DNA of 50,554 nt from an uncultured Candidatus Peribacteria bacterium (GTDB taxonomy: Bacteria > Patescibacteriota > Gracilibacteria > UBA1369). Positions within the stretch are counted from its first letter, which is position 1; each line of letters opens with the position of its first letter. The stretch lies in assembly GCA_964582265.1 (NCBI GenBank), contig CAZOQT010000005.1, positions 1-50,554 on the forward strand, read 5' to 3'. The notes beneath the pieces are model-generated. The model ran no database searches and had not been told where the DNA came from. It was given only the letters and a program-made list of their open reading frames with translations. The translations under genes were made by a program, and so were the position numbers. Shown here in pieces: positions 42,666-50,554 of this stretch.

Positions 42666-44906
42666 ATGGAAAGAATTTTAGGCTTACCTTACAGAGAAAA
42701 GTACCCAGAAGCTTATGAAAAAGCTAAAGAGATCTATTCAGCCATGCAACAAAATATTACAGGTCTGGACACTGAACTATCAGCAAAAATATTGGCTGCA
42801 GAAGTAATTAAAACTCGCCCACATGAGTTTACCGAGTTTTTAAAAGAACACCGCCCACATGGAATAGAAACTCTTCCAGCGGAACTTACCTTATTATTCG
42901 CAGGTATAATTTCTGAAAAACAGAGTAATAAACCAGCAAAACCGGATGGCATATCAGACAAATTTCTTAGAGGAATAGCTGCAGCATTTAGAACCAGCGC
43001 TCCTTTTGCAAGTGAACTTGAAGTCACTGATGAAGACGCTGCAATTGCCTCAACACCAAAGCCAGCGACAATTCCACCATACATGAGCGCACCCGCCGCA
43101 ACCAACAACACAAATGGTGTACCCGGTGCGAAAACCATGAACCATTTGTTAAACGAAAATAATGGAACTGGCGCTATCATCCAAGCCACAACAAATAACC
43201 TAAAAACAAATCCACCAGCAGCCAGTATTCCAGCAAAAAAAAGAGAGACACATTATGATAGCGACGTAGCCGGAATTTTAGCCAAAGTAGGAGTCGATCT
43301 AAGTAATCCACAAATCCCACAGGCAGCACCCACACCTAGTATTTTTGATGAAGTTACCCCCGATGAAGATAAGAATGACACAACCCCTAAAGCAACATCC
43401 AGGACTCCATCAATCCCAAGCCAGGTAAAAACAACCATGTTACCACCAAAGCCAGAAACATCCGTACACCCTGGCATGATAACAGCAAAGACCCCAGCCA
43501 TGACCTGGGAGAGAAAAGTAGTAGCCAGCTTAAACAACGCTTGGGAAAAGTTCAAATCAATGCTCCCTTCCAACAAAACTTTGGCAAGAACAGCTGGTGC
43601 AGCAGCGGCAATCGGAGCAGGAGTTTTAACATATGCCTATTCCAAATCGGATGTTAATGAAACCAGCGCAAAAGCAAGCGTAACTGCAACCGCAAGCGCA
43701 AACCCAAAGCCAGCCACTGAACCATCGGCAAAAAATGCACCTTCTGATAATCAAGTAGCTCCTTCCACTCCAAAATCAGCCGAAGCCAAAACTACAAACT
43801 TTACTATTGAAACGGATACTTCCGCAAATCCTGGATTTAAAAAATTACTTTCAGCGGTTAAAGATGCACAAAGCATTGCGAGAGCCATTGAAAACGTCGC
43901 TGCTAAAACTTTCACCAACTCACCTAATCGCATTGAACTATATAAAGCTTTCCTAGAAAAAGCGGTACAGATTTATCCTCAAGGAACTAATGGCACAGGC
44001 CATTACTTTGAAGATCATTTAAAGGTTTTAAATAAATTCCTAAGTCAAAATCCAAATGCTCAAATTTTGGACGTGGAAAAAGCTTTTGCAAATTCGCTAA
44101 ATGATCGCCTGCTTTTTGGCGCAATTATAAGCAAGACTGGCACACCAGCAGCAAGTGATAAATTCCATTTTGATATTCAAACAGATGCAAATGGTGAAAT
44201 TAACTTTAATGATCAAAACGATCTAAAACGATTTAATGAACTAAAAAGAGGTAAACTTCCAATTGCAAAAACACTGGAAGAAACAATTAAATCTTTTGAA
44301 GCGACTCCATTCCGCGCAGATAACACAAAAACTAACGCTTTAGAATTTATCGAGCGTGCTAAACAAATCCAACAGAGTTTAGACAAACAATCAGCGGAGT
44401 CAAAAGGACAAACCTACGACCCAAATAAAAAATCAGGAGCAATCTACATTCTTGATCAATGGAAAAGAAACATTGAAGCAGGCAGTGACGCCAAAACTCC
44501 AATTCACGAATTAATGTTAAAAATAACTCCATTAGCAGAAAAAACAGCGCAACTTGAATCTAATCCAGCTTCACCAAATTCTCCAGAAATTCCAGAAATC
44601 AACTTGCCTCAAATTCCAGCAGTGGAAAAAACTGGAATTACAGAAAAACATGCATCAATTCAAAAAGTTGATGCGATACAGGCCAAAATTGATGAAATCA
44701 CCAAGGATGAGCTTAGCAAGCCTATTAAAGTAGCTGACCAAGCAACAACGGAAAAACCAGCAAAATCGGCTGATGAGCTTATTCAAGAAAGAATCGCTGC
44801 AATTACTCAAGAAGTTTTAAACGGGCAAAGCGCTCCTAATACCACATCAGACGATCAACTGGCTGCGATCGATGCCGAATGGGAAGAAATTGCGAAAGCG
44901 GCTTAA
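42666..44906 (+). CDS. Hypothetical large protein (746 aa) with low-complexity Pro/Ala/Thr-rich region and one TM helix
   Basis: Long ORF of host composition. Central TM helix (TAGAAAAIGAGVLTYAY). No family recognised. Confidence 0.6.
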   Translation: MERILGLPYREKYPEAYEKAKEIYSAMQQNITGLDTELSAKILAAEVIKTRPHEFTEFLKEHRPHGIETLPAELTLLFAGIISEKQSNKPAKPDGISDKFLRGIAAAFRTSAPFASELEVTDEDAAIASTPKPATIPPYMSAPAATNNTNGVPGAKTMNHLLNENNGTGAIIQATTNNLKTNPPAASIPAKKRETHYDSDVAGILAKVGVDLSNPQIPQAAPTPSIFDEVTPDEDKNDTTPKATSRTPSIPSQVKTTMLPPKPETSVHPGMITAKTPAMTWERKVVASLNNAWEKFKSMLPSNKTLARTAGAAAAIGAGVLTYAYSKSDVNETSAKASVTATASANPKPATEPSAKNAPSDNQVAPSTPKSAEAKTTNFTIETDTSANPGFKKLLSAVKDAQSIARAIENVAAKTFTNSPNRIELYKAFLEKAVQIYPQGTNGTGHYFEDHLKVLNKFLSQNPNAQILDVEKAFANSLNDRLLFGAIISKTGTPAASDKFHFDIQTDANGEINFNDQNDLKRFNELKRGKLPIAKTLEETIKSFEATPFRADNTKTNALEFIERAKQIQQSLDKQSAESKGQTYDPNKKSGAIYILDQWKRNIEAGSDAKTPIHELMLKITPLAEKTAQLESNPASPNSPEIPEINLPQIPAVEKTGITEKHASIQKVDAIQAKIDEITKDELSKPIKVADQATTEKPAKSADELIQERIAAITQEVLNGQSAPNTTSDDQLAAIDAEWEEIAKAA

Positions 44907-44927
44907 AGTAAGTAAGCGCAGCTGATT

Positions 44928-47600
44928 TTAAAACGCTAAAGGCATCGGTATTGGCTTTAAGCCATCATCTACACCCGTACCCGCCTCATCGCCCAAATCT
45001 TTCAAAACCAGGCTTGCAAGTTCATGCAAATCGCTAAGCGAGTTAGCTTTAATCATAGAAGCCGAAACCGTGTATAAATTTTCGCCAATGTAAAGCGCAC
45101 GTCTAATAATGTTATCTGCATGGGCTATTTTGCCTTGCAACTTAAATCCATCGGCCAGCCCCACCTTATAAACATAAGCGCCTTCAAAAACTGGAGTGCC
45201 ATAATAGTCACTACCTCCCACACTATCCGCAGAACCACTTCCTTGATAAACGGTAATCGGGAAAGCCATCAATCCTTTAGCTTTATCAAACAAAAGCGCA
45301 CGATGATCGGTCAAAACCTCGCTGTCCGTTCCACGAGTACCAATAATTTCACTATACATCTGTTTTGGCGCCGCCACATTCGTCACATCAAAAAATCCCA
45401 GCTTCATCCCCTGCACAGCAGTATAATAAACCGCGCTTGGACTGTGCACCTTGTCCGCATCAATGCTTTCATCCACCATTTTTCCAAAACCAATTAAATG
45501 GTTTTCATCATATGGATGGAGATAATTGCTATAACCAGGAATCTTTAGTTCACCCAAAATGCGTGGTGCCGTTGGAACAGATAAATCAATCACAAAAAGC
45601 GGATCGATCTGCTTAAAAGTTACCAAATATCCGCGCCCACCAACAAACCTGGCAGCATAAATATTTTCGCCCGGAGCAATACCCGTTACCGCACCAATTT
45701 GCTTCATCGCAGAATTTAACACAAAAACATTATTGCTGATTTTTGGCTCAGTCCATCTGATTGGCATTGTTGTGCCCGCGCCATCAATCATTGGAACCGG
45801 CCCCGGATAATACTGCGTTTGCGTTGTAGCAATGCGCACATTTTGAGCCGCATCTTCATCCATACTAAATTGATTTAAGACCGTTCCGTTTACATTTCCA
45901 GAACCTGCAAATTTGATTGTTCCATTCCCAAGCGCGAATTTATACAGAGCTGTTTTTTGCACGCTTTCAGGCGCAAAATAATATCCTCCACGATAATCAG
46001 TCGCCGCCACATATAAATTAGAAGTCGACGCGTAAACATGTTCAACATTCCCCACAATCACTTCACGCTGAACAGTTTGTGTTAAATTTTCTACCGGCAC
46101 TGCAGCCGTAATCAAAAAATTATATGAAGAGGTTTTTGGGAACATCTTAATGCCTGAACAAGGCACTATTAATTCTTCTTTGCCAGAAACTGAATCTTTC
46201 ATTTTGGGCAGAAAATTTTCCGCATTAAGTTCGCTTTCTGTTCTTTCTTGCTGATAAAAATACGGAAAAGAAGGATAGTCATTCATCACCATATAAACAG
46301 TATCCCCCACGCGACGAGAAGTATTGTAATTACCATCAAAATCAACACGTCTAACAATGCTTGGCTGCTCATGATTTGTAATATCCACAATCACCAATTT
46401 TGTTTTTTGAGTGGAACGATAATATGGCATGGTCGTAAAACCTACAGCCGGCCGCGCCATTTTCACCATCGGATAAAAATACCCGCCGGACTGCCCAACC
46501 ACAATCAGTTTATTCCCTGAAACATACATCTCTTTTGGATAAAAATTCTGGTCCGGATCAATACTGATTTGCGCCAATTCTTTCATGGCGTTAGCTGGAT
46601 AAGCTTGGACCACACGCACCGTGCGTCCCTTTATGGTGTAAATATATTGACCATCATTTTTCACTATGTCAGCTTCATCCACACCCTGAACCTGCACATT
46701 CGTGGAAGAATAATCAGAAGCAGCACTAGAACCTGTGCCAGAAGTTGCACTTTTTTGCGCAGAATTCATTACCGAATCCGTTGCCGGAGCCATAGGTGCC
46801 GGAGCTGGAACACCAACAGCTTCCATCAAATACATGCCAGAACCCATATTATTTGACTGCATCTGCTCTGCGTATCTATGCTGAAAATCCACGCAAGAAT
46901 TTGCTTGCACTAAGCCATTTCCATTAATTTCATTAAATGTTCTTGAAGCTTTGTTCGTGACTTTGTCATGAATTCTATAAATCATTTCCGCCGATTCCCC
47001 ACGGGTCACGTTTTCATCAAAATAATCAACAGTTAAAGGAATATCTTTTTGACTTGCGAGCGCATCCACAAAAGGCTTAAACCAAATTGCACTGTCTGGC
47101 TGACCTTTACTTAAATTATAAGTATTTGTGATGATTTTGGATGCTTCTGTAAATTTGATTTTATTTCCAGGTTTGAAATATTTGCCATCGCCCACACCGC
47201 TCACCACGCCACGCGCTTTTGCTTCACAAATATATGGCGCAAACCATTCATTCTTAACATCAACAAAACAATTTTGACGATTTGGATTGCTCGCAGCATC
47301 TGGGTCATTGGGATCCAAAGTTCCCGTAATTGGAGCGATTAAAATCTTCACAAATTCCGCGCGAGTCATTTCTGATTCAGGTTTAAATGTACCATCAGAA
47401 TACCCCTGGATAATTCCGTCTGCTTTTAAAGTTTCGATTGCTTTGGCATCGGTGCGATTGGCAGCAACATCAGAGAAAGAAGCGGCTGCAACAGTACCGG
47501 TGTTGCCAGAAGTTTGCGTCGGCGCGATTTGAGCTTGTGCAAGCACAAAATTCGACAGCAAAGAAGAAATAACCACGATTGAAATGGCTGATTTTTTCAT
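44928..47600 (-). CDS. Secreted SLH-domain / beta-propeller-domain envelope protein
   Basis: 890 aa, signal peptide MKKSAISIVVISSLLSNFVLAQA. Two SLH-like modules (FSDV...GIIQGYSDGTFKP). The segment SSTNVQVQGVDEADIVKNDGQYIYTI matches my recollection of the bacterial Beta_propel domain. Confidence 0.75.
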   Translation of the reverse strand: MKKSAISIVVISSLLSNFVLAQAQIAPTQTSGNTGTVAAASFSDVAANRTDAKAIETLKADGIIQGYSDGTFKPESEMTRAEFVKILIAPITGTLDPNDPDAASNPNRQNCFVDVKNEWFAPYICEAKARGVVSGVGDGKYFKPGNKIKFTEASKIITNTYNLSKGQPDSAIWFKPFVDALASQKDIPLTVDYFDENVTRGESAEMIYRIHDKVTNKASRTFNEINGNGLVQANSCVDFQHRYAEQMQSNNMGSGMYLMEAVGVPAPAPMAPATDSVMNSAQKSATSGTGSSAASDYSSTNVQVQGVDEADIVKNDGQYIYTIKGRTVRVVQAYPANAMKELAQISIDPDQNFYPKEMYVSGNKLIVVGQSGGYFYPMVKMARPAVGFTTMPYYRSTQKTKLVIVDITNHEQPSIVRRVDFDGNYNTSRRVGDTVYMVMNDYPSFPYFYQQERTESELNAENFLPKMKDSVSGKEELIVPCSGIKMFPKTSSYNFLITAAVPVENLTQTVQREVIVGNVEHVYASTSNLYVAATDYRGGYYFAPESVQKTALYKFALGNGTIKFAGSGNVNGTVLNQFSMDEDAAQNVRIATTQTQYYPGPVPMIDGAGTTMPIRWTEPKISNNVFVLNSAMKQIGAVTGIAPGENIYAARFVGGRGYLVTFKQIDPLFVIDLSVPTAPRILGELKIPGYSNYLHPYDENHLIGFGKMVDESIDADKVHSPSAVYYTAVQGMKLGFFDVTNVAAPKQMYSEIIGTRGTDSEVLTDHRALLFDKAKGLMAFPITVYQGSGSADSVGGSDYYGTPVFEGAYVYKVGLADGFKLQGKIAHADNIIRRALYIGENLYTVSASMIKANSLSDLHELASLVLKDLGDEAGTGVDDGLKPIPMPLAF

Positions 47601-47782
47601 AAGGGCAAAATTAAATAATCCAAACAGTATAATACGCCAAATAAAAAATATTACAGCCGACTATTCTCACACTTACCAACAATGCAAACTTCCAATTGCG
47701 CAAGGCCTGAATTGTGGCTTAAGCTAGCCGCAAAATGCACATATATTGCGCCGCACTTTTAAAGCGATTTCAAGTCGGAAAG

Positions 47783-47811
47783 TTCGATTTTTAATCCAAA
47801 AAATGTATAAT
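47783..47811 (+). promoter_or_regulatory. Sigma70-like promoter (TTCGAT-N17-TATAAT)
   Basis: Hexamers at 47783-47788 and 47806-47811, about 75 nt upstream of the HNH gene. Confidence 0.35.
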
Positions 47812-47887
47812 TCTAATATTCAATAAAGCGCAGCAGAAAGAGGAAAAGCAACGCTGTAAAATTCAAAACGCATAATCAAAAATTCAT

Positions 47888-48907
47888 ATGCAAACTCAAA
47901 ACTTAGACCAGGAAAAAATCGCAAAAATGGACGACAGCAAATTACTCGCACTGTGCCAATATTTCGGCGAACAAGCCAGAATCTGGCGGCAAAGATTTGC
48001 CGGACTTTTGCCAGAAGTAAACAAACGCCGTTTATACAAGCGCAAAGGTTTTGATTCAATTTTCGTGTTCGCGAAAAAATTAGCGGGGATGAGCGAAGAA
48101 CAGGTTCGCAGAGCACTCAATTTGGATAAGAAATTTTCAGACAAACCAGTTTTGCAAAATTTGCTTGTTAACGGCGAGGTTAGCATAAACAAACTCGCGC
48201 GCATCGCCTCAATCGCTACACCAAAAAATCAGGAAATTTTAGCCGAACAATCAAAAATTCTTTCAAACCGAGCGCTTGAAACTTTTGTTCGAGATGAAAA
48301 ATTTGCCAAAGAAAATTTGAATCAGAACTCTTCCGGCGCACTGGAATCCGAAAATCAAAACGGCTCACAAAAGCCACTTTTTGAACCAAAATCTGTGCAC
48401 GTGCACACGCAAAAAACAGATTTATTCGAAAACGTCAAATTGCTGGAAAAATTCTCGCCAGAACTAAAAAACAAATTAAAAGAGCTGGACGAAAAAGGGC
48501 TCAACATCAATGAAATTTTGCTCGAACTTCTCCAAAGGCGCGACCAAGAAATCGCAGCAGAAAAGGAAAAAATCGCACAAGCGGTTTTGGCTGAACAAGA
48601 AGATAAGCAAAAAGAACTACAAGCCGAAAACGAACTACGCGCTATAATTGGATTCCCGCTCAAAAAACCGTCTCGCTACCTAACCGTAAAAGTCAAAAAT
48701 CTGCTAAAAAAAGAGCATGGCGACAAGTGCTCAATCCCAGGCTGCAACAAGTCCACACAAAACATCCACCACTCGCAAAGGTTTGTTCTAAGCCAAAATA
48801 ACGACCCGCATTACCTGGCACCACTTTGCCTCCAGCATCACGAAATCGCCCACTCGATCGACCAAAAATATCAGCAAAAACGGACGACCGCGATCAGCGC
48901 AAAATAG
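47888..48907 (+). CDS. HNH endonuclease-domain protein
   Basis: 339 aa. C-terminal CSIPGC...NIHHSQRF...LCLQHHEIAHS forms an HNH/zinc motif. Helical N-terminal region and E/K-rich linker. Confidence 0.75.
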   Translation: MQTQNLDQEKIAKMDDSKLLALCQYFGEQARIWRQRFAGLLPEVNKRRLYKRKGFDSIFVFAKKLAGMSEEQVRRALNLDKKFSDKPVLQNLLVNGEVSINKLARIASIATPKNQEILAEQSKILSNRALETFVRDEKFAKENLNQNSSGALESENQNGSQKPLFEPKSVHVHTQKTDLFENVKLLEKFSPELKNKLKELDEKGLNINEILLELLQRRDQEIAAEKEKIAQAVLAEQEDKQKELQAENELRAIIGFPLKKPSRYLTVKVKNLLKKEHGDKCSIPGCNKSTQNIHHSQRFVLSQNNDPHYLAPLCLQHHEIAHSIDQKYQQKRTTAISAK

Positions 48908-49015
48908 TTTTGATTGCGCTCACCCCAAACCAGTTTGATTAGAACCTGCGACAAGACTATATTTACAAAGATTTTGCCGAACTGAATTGGCAAACATAAA
49001 AAGCCAGACTTCGTC

Positions 49016-50554
49016 ATGAAAAAATTCCTTTCACTCCAAAATCTTTGGTACCTACTCATTTTTTCAGTCCCGCTAATTTTAAATCCGTGGGGCAATATCC
49101 CTTATGAAATACCAAAAGTAGGCTATGCCATAATTTTTATTGGTGCCGGAATATTTCTTTTTTCGCTCAAAATTTTACTTGGAGAAAAAATCGCCCACAA
49201 CAAAAAAATCCTCATTTACACCGCACTTTGGCTAGCATCTCTAACACTTTCCACCATTTTTTCCATAAGCCCCAGCGAAAGCTTTTGGGGATTATACGAA
49301 CGCATGCAGGGCTTACTACAATGGATTTTCTACCTTGCACATTTCCTGATTTGTTTGCAAATTTTCCAGGACCGAAAAATCAAAAACATCTTTTTCAACC
49401 TTACACTTTTTTGTGGAGCACTGATTTCGATCTACGCCATTTTGCAATATTTTCACCTGGACCCATATCCAATCGGCGACATCAACAATTTTAGCGGCCG
49501 AGCTTACGCCACCATCGGCCAACCTAATATGTTAGGACAATGGCTGATTTTCCCTTTTTTTGTGAGCCTTTTCCGCGCCCTGGAGGCATTTAAAAACCCA
49601 ACCTCAAACGCAAAAAAAATCTTACAAACATTATCCGTAGCTATCATTTCCTTCGCCCTTTTCACCACTCTCAATCGCGCCACCTTTTTGGGCATCGGCG
49701 TGGCCATCGCCATTTTGATGTTCCAAAACTTAAAAGGAAAAATCGCCCCATTCCTGTTCACGGCCACAATCGGCATCACACTGGTAATTGTTTTGTTGAG
49801 TGGATCTTTCCGCTCCTTTGAGAGCCGCTCGATTTTGTGGAAAGGCGCGATCCCAATCATCACAAGCCATCCAATTATCGGCATCGGCCCGGAAGCCTAT
49901 TACCAAGCCAGCCAAACCGTGCTCACCAAAGACATTTATGAAACCGAAAGAATGTACGACTCGCCCGACCGCGTTCACAGTGAAGGCCTTCAGGTCTTGA
50001 TTGATCAAGGCATAATCGGCTTTTTGCTTTATTTGGTACCGATTATTTTTCTGGGATTTTGCATCATCAAAAATAAAACGGAATCATTAGAAAGCAAAAT
50101 TGCTATGTCCGCATTAATTGCCACTTATGTTTCTTTGCAATTCAGCTTCACCTTCTCTGCGGAAATGATTTACTTTCTGGCTTTTTGGACGATCTTGCTG
50201 TCGGAAGTTACGACTTTCAGGATGGTAACTTTGCCGCAAAAAAGCAAAGCATTAAAATTGTTGCTGGCTCCTGTCATTTTGGGCGCATTTCTGATCGCTT
50301 TCTTCTCGTTCAATTACTCCATCAACATCGTCAAAGCGGACCAAAATTTAAGTAAAGCGCTCAAAATGTTTTTTGTGGATCAAAATGCGTCCTGGAGTTT
50401 ATTTAACAAAACAATTTCTCAAAATCCGCATAATTCCTATTATTTAAACCTTTCCATCAGCCTTTTTGGTTCGCCAATGTTCATCAAGGGCAATCCTGAA
50501 CTTATAAATATTTTAACTCAACAGGATCAAAATTACGCCAAGCTCACCAATCAA
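49016..50554 (+). CDS. O-antigen ligase / Wzy-like polytopic membrane protein (3' end cut by window edge; absent from ORF track)
   Basis: Hand translation from the ATG at 49016 gives 513 codons to nt 50554 with no stop. Many TM helices. RVHSEGLQVLIDQGIIGFLLY resembles the Wzy_C H-x(n)-E-G signature. Confidence 0.7.
   Translation, partial: MKKFLSLQNLWYLLIFSVPLILNPWGNIPYEIPKVGYAIIFIGAGIFLFSLKILLGEKIAHNKKILIYTALWLASLTLSTIFSISPSESFWGLYERMQGLLQWIFYLAHFLICLQIFQDRKIKNIFFNLTLFCGALISIYAILQYFHLDPYPIGDINNFSGRAYATIGQPNMLGQWLIFPFFVSLFRALEAFKNPTSNAKKILQTLSVAIISFALFTTLNRATFLGIGVAIAILMFQNLKGKIAPFLFTATIGITLVIVLLSGSFRSFESRSILWKGAIPIITSHPIIGIGPEAYYQASQTVLTKDIYETERMYDSPDRVHSEGLQVLIDQGIIGFLLYLVPIIFLGFCIIKNKTESLESKIAMSALIATYVSLQFSFTFSAEMIYFLAFWTILLSEVTTFRMVTLPQKSKALKLLLAPVILGAFLIAFFSFNYSINIVKADQNLSKALKMFFVDQNASWSLFNKTISQNPHNSYYLNLSISLFGSPMFIKGNPELINILTQQDQNYAKLTNQ

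Noticed and set aside
1-50554. Alternative genetic code (UGA recoded, as in some CPR lineages)
   Set aside because: All ribosomal proteins, EF-Tu, SecY and the others are full length with standard stops, and several genes end in TGA (for example pyrB, pyrE and the CDF gene) at the expected length.
919-50554. tRNA, rRNA, tmRNA, RNase P or SRP RNA genes in the longer spacers (919-1080, 25988-26107, 42424-42665, 47601-47887, 36180-36450)
   Set aside because: I found no T-loop (GGTTCGAATCC-like) or cloverleaf, and no conserved RNase P (GAGGAAAGUCC), tmRNA or SRP motifs by eye. A covariance-model scan would be needed for certainty.

Overview
Low-GC (about 40% by hand count), tightly packed bacterial DNA. 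Gene content and signals fit a Patescibacteria/CPR-type genome that uses the standard code. L30 is absent between rpsE and rplO, host genes lack Shine-Dalgarno sequences, and IF-1 and several r-proteins carry low-complexity tails. Order along the window: 3' end of fusA plus a terminator; a 5.3-kb carbamoyltransferase/SGNH-hydrolase cluster interrupting the str operon; tuf; a complete S10-spc-alpha ribosomal superoperon (rpsJ to rplQ, with secY-adk-map-infA-rpmJ) followed by rplM-rpsI; two unknown minus-strand genes; trmD; a P-type ATPase; a DUF167 gene; rsmA. A dispersed pyrimidine de novo set follows (pyrF, pyrE, pyrK, pyrD class 1B, pyrC, a second class-2 pyrD, pyrB), interleaved with an LRR protein, a membrane protein and a CDF transporter. 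The window ends with a 746-aa unknown protein, an SLH/beta-propeller envelope protein, an HNH protein and a 3'-truncated O-antigen-ligase-like gene that the ORF track misses. No rRNA, tRNA, CRISPR array or transposase was seen. The most anomalous locus is a ~1.2-kb island at about 35.28-36.46 kb. It has a near-consensus sigma70 promoter and a ~270-nt hairpin-rich leader. These precede a 153-aa orphan ORF with about 62% GC, extreme GC3 and its own GAGGA Shine-Dalgarno, followed by a GC-rich terminator hairpin and a further ~270-nt structured non-coding segment. Imperfect inverted repeats bracket the ORF. Its function is unknown, and recent horizontal acquisition, a novel small cassette and assembly chimerism must all be distinguished. 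Two other repeat systems stand out. A TAATTAY heptad-repeat leader lies immediately upstream of at least 13 ribosomal-protein start codons. A 13-nt hairpin repeat (GACCTCAAAGGTC) is inserted in frame in rsmA and supplies the stop codons of two convergent genes.
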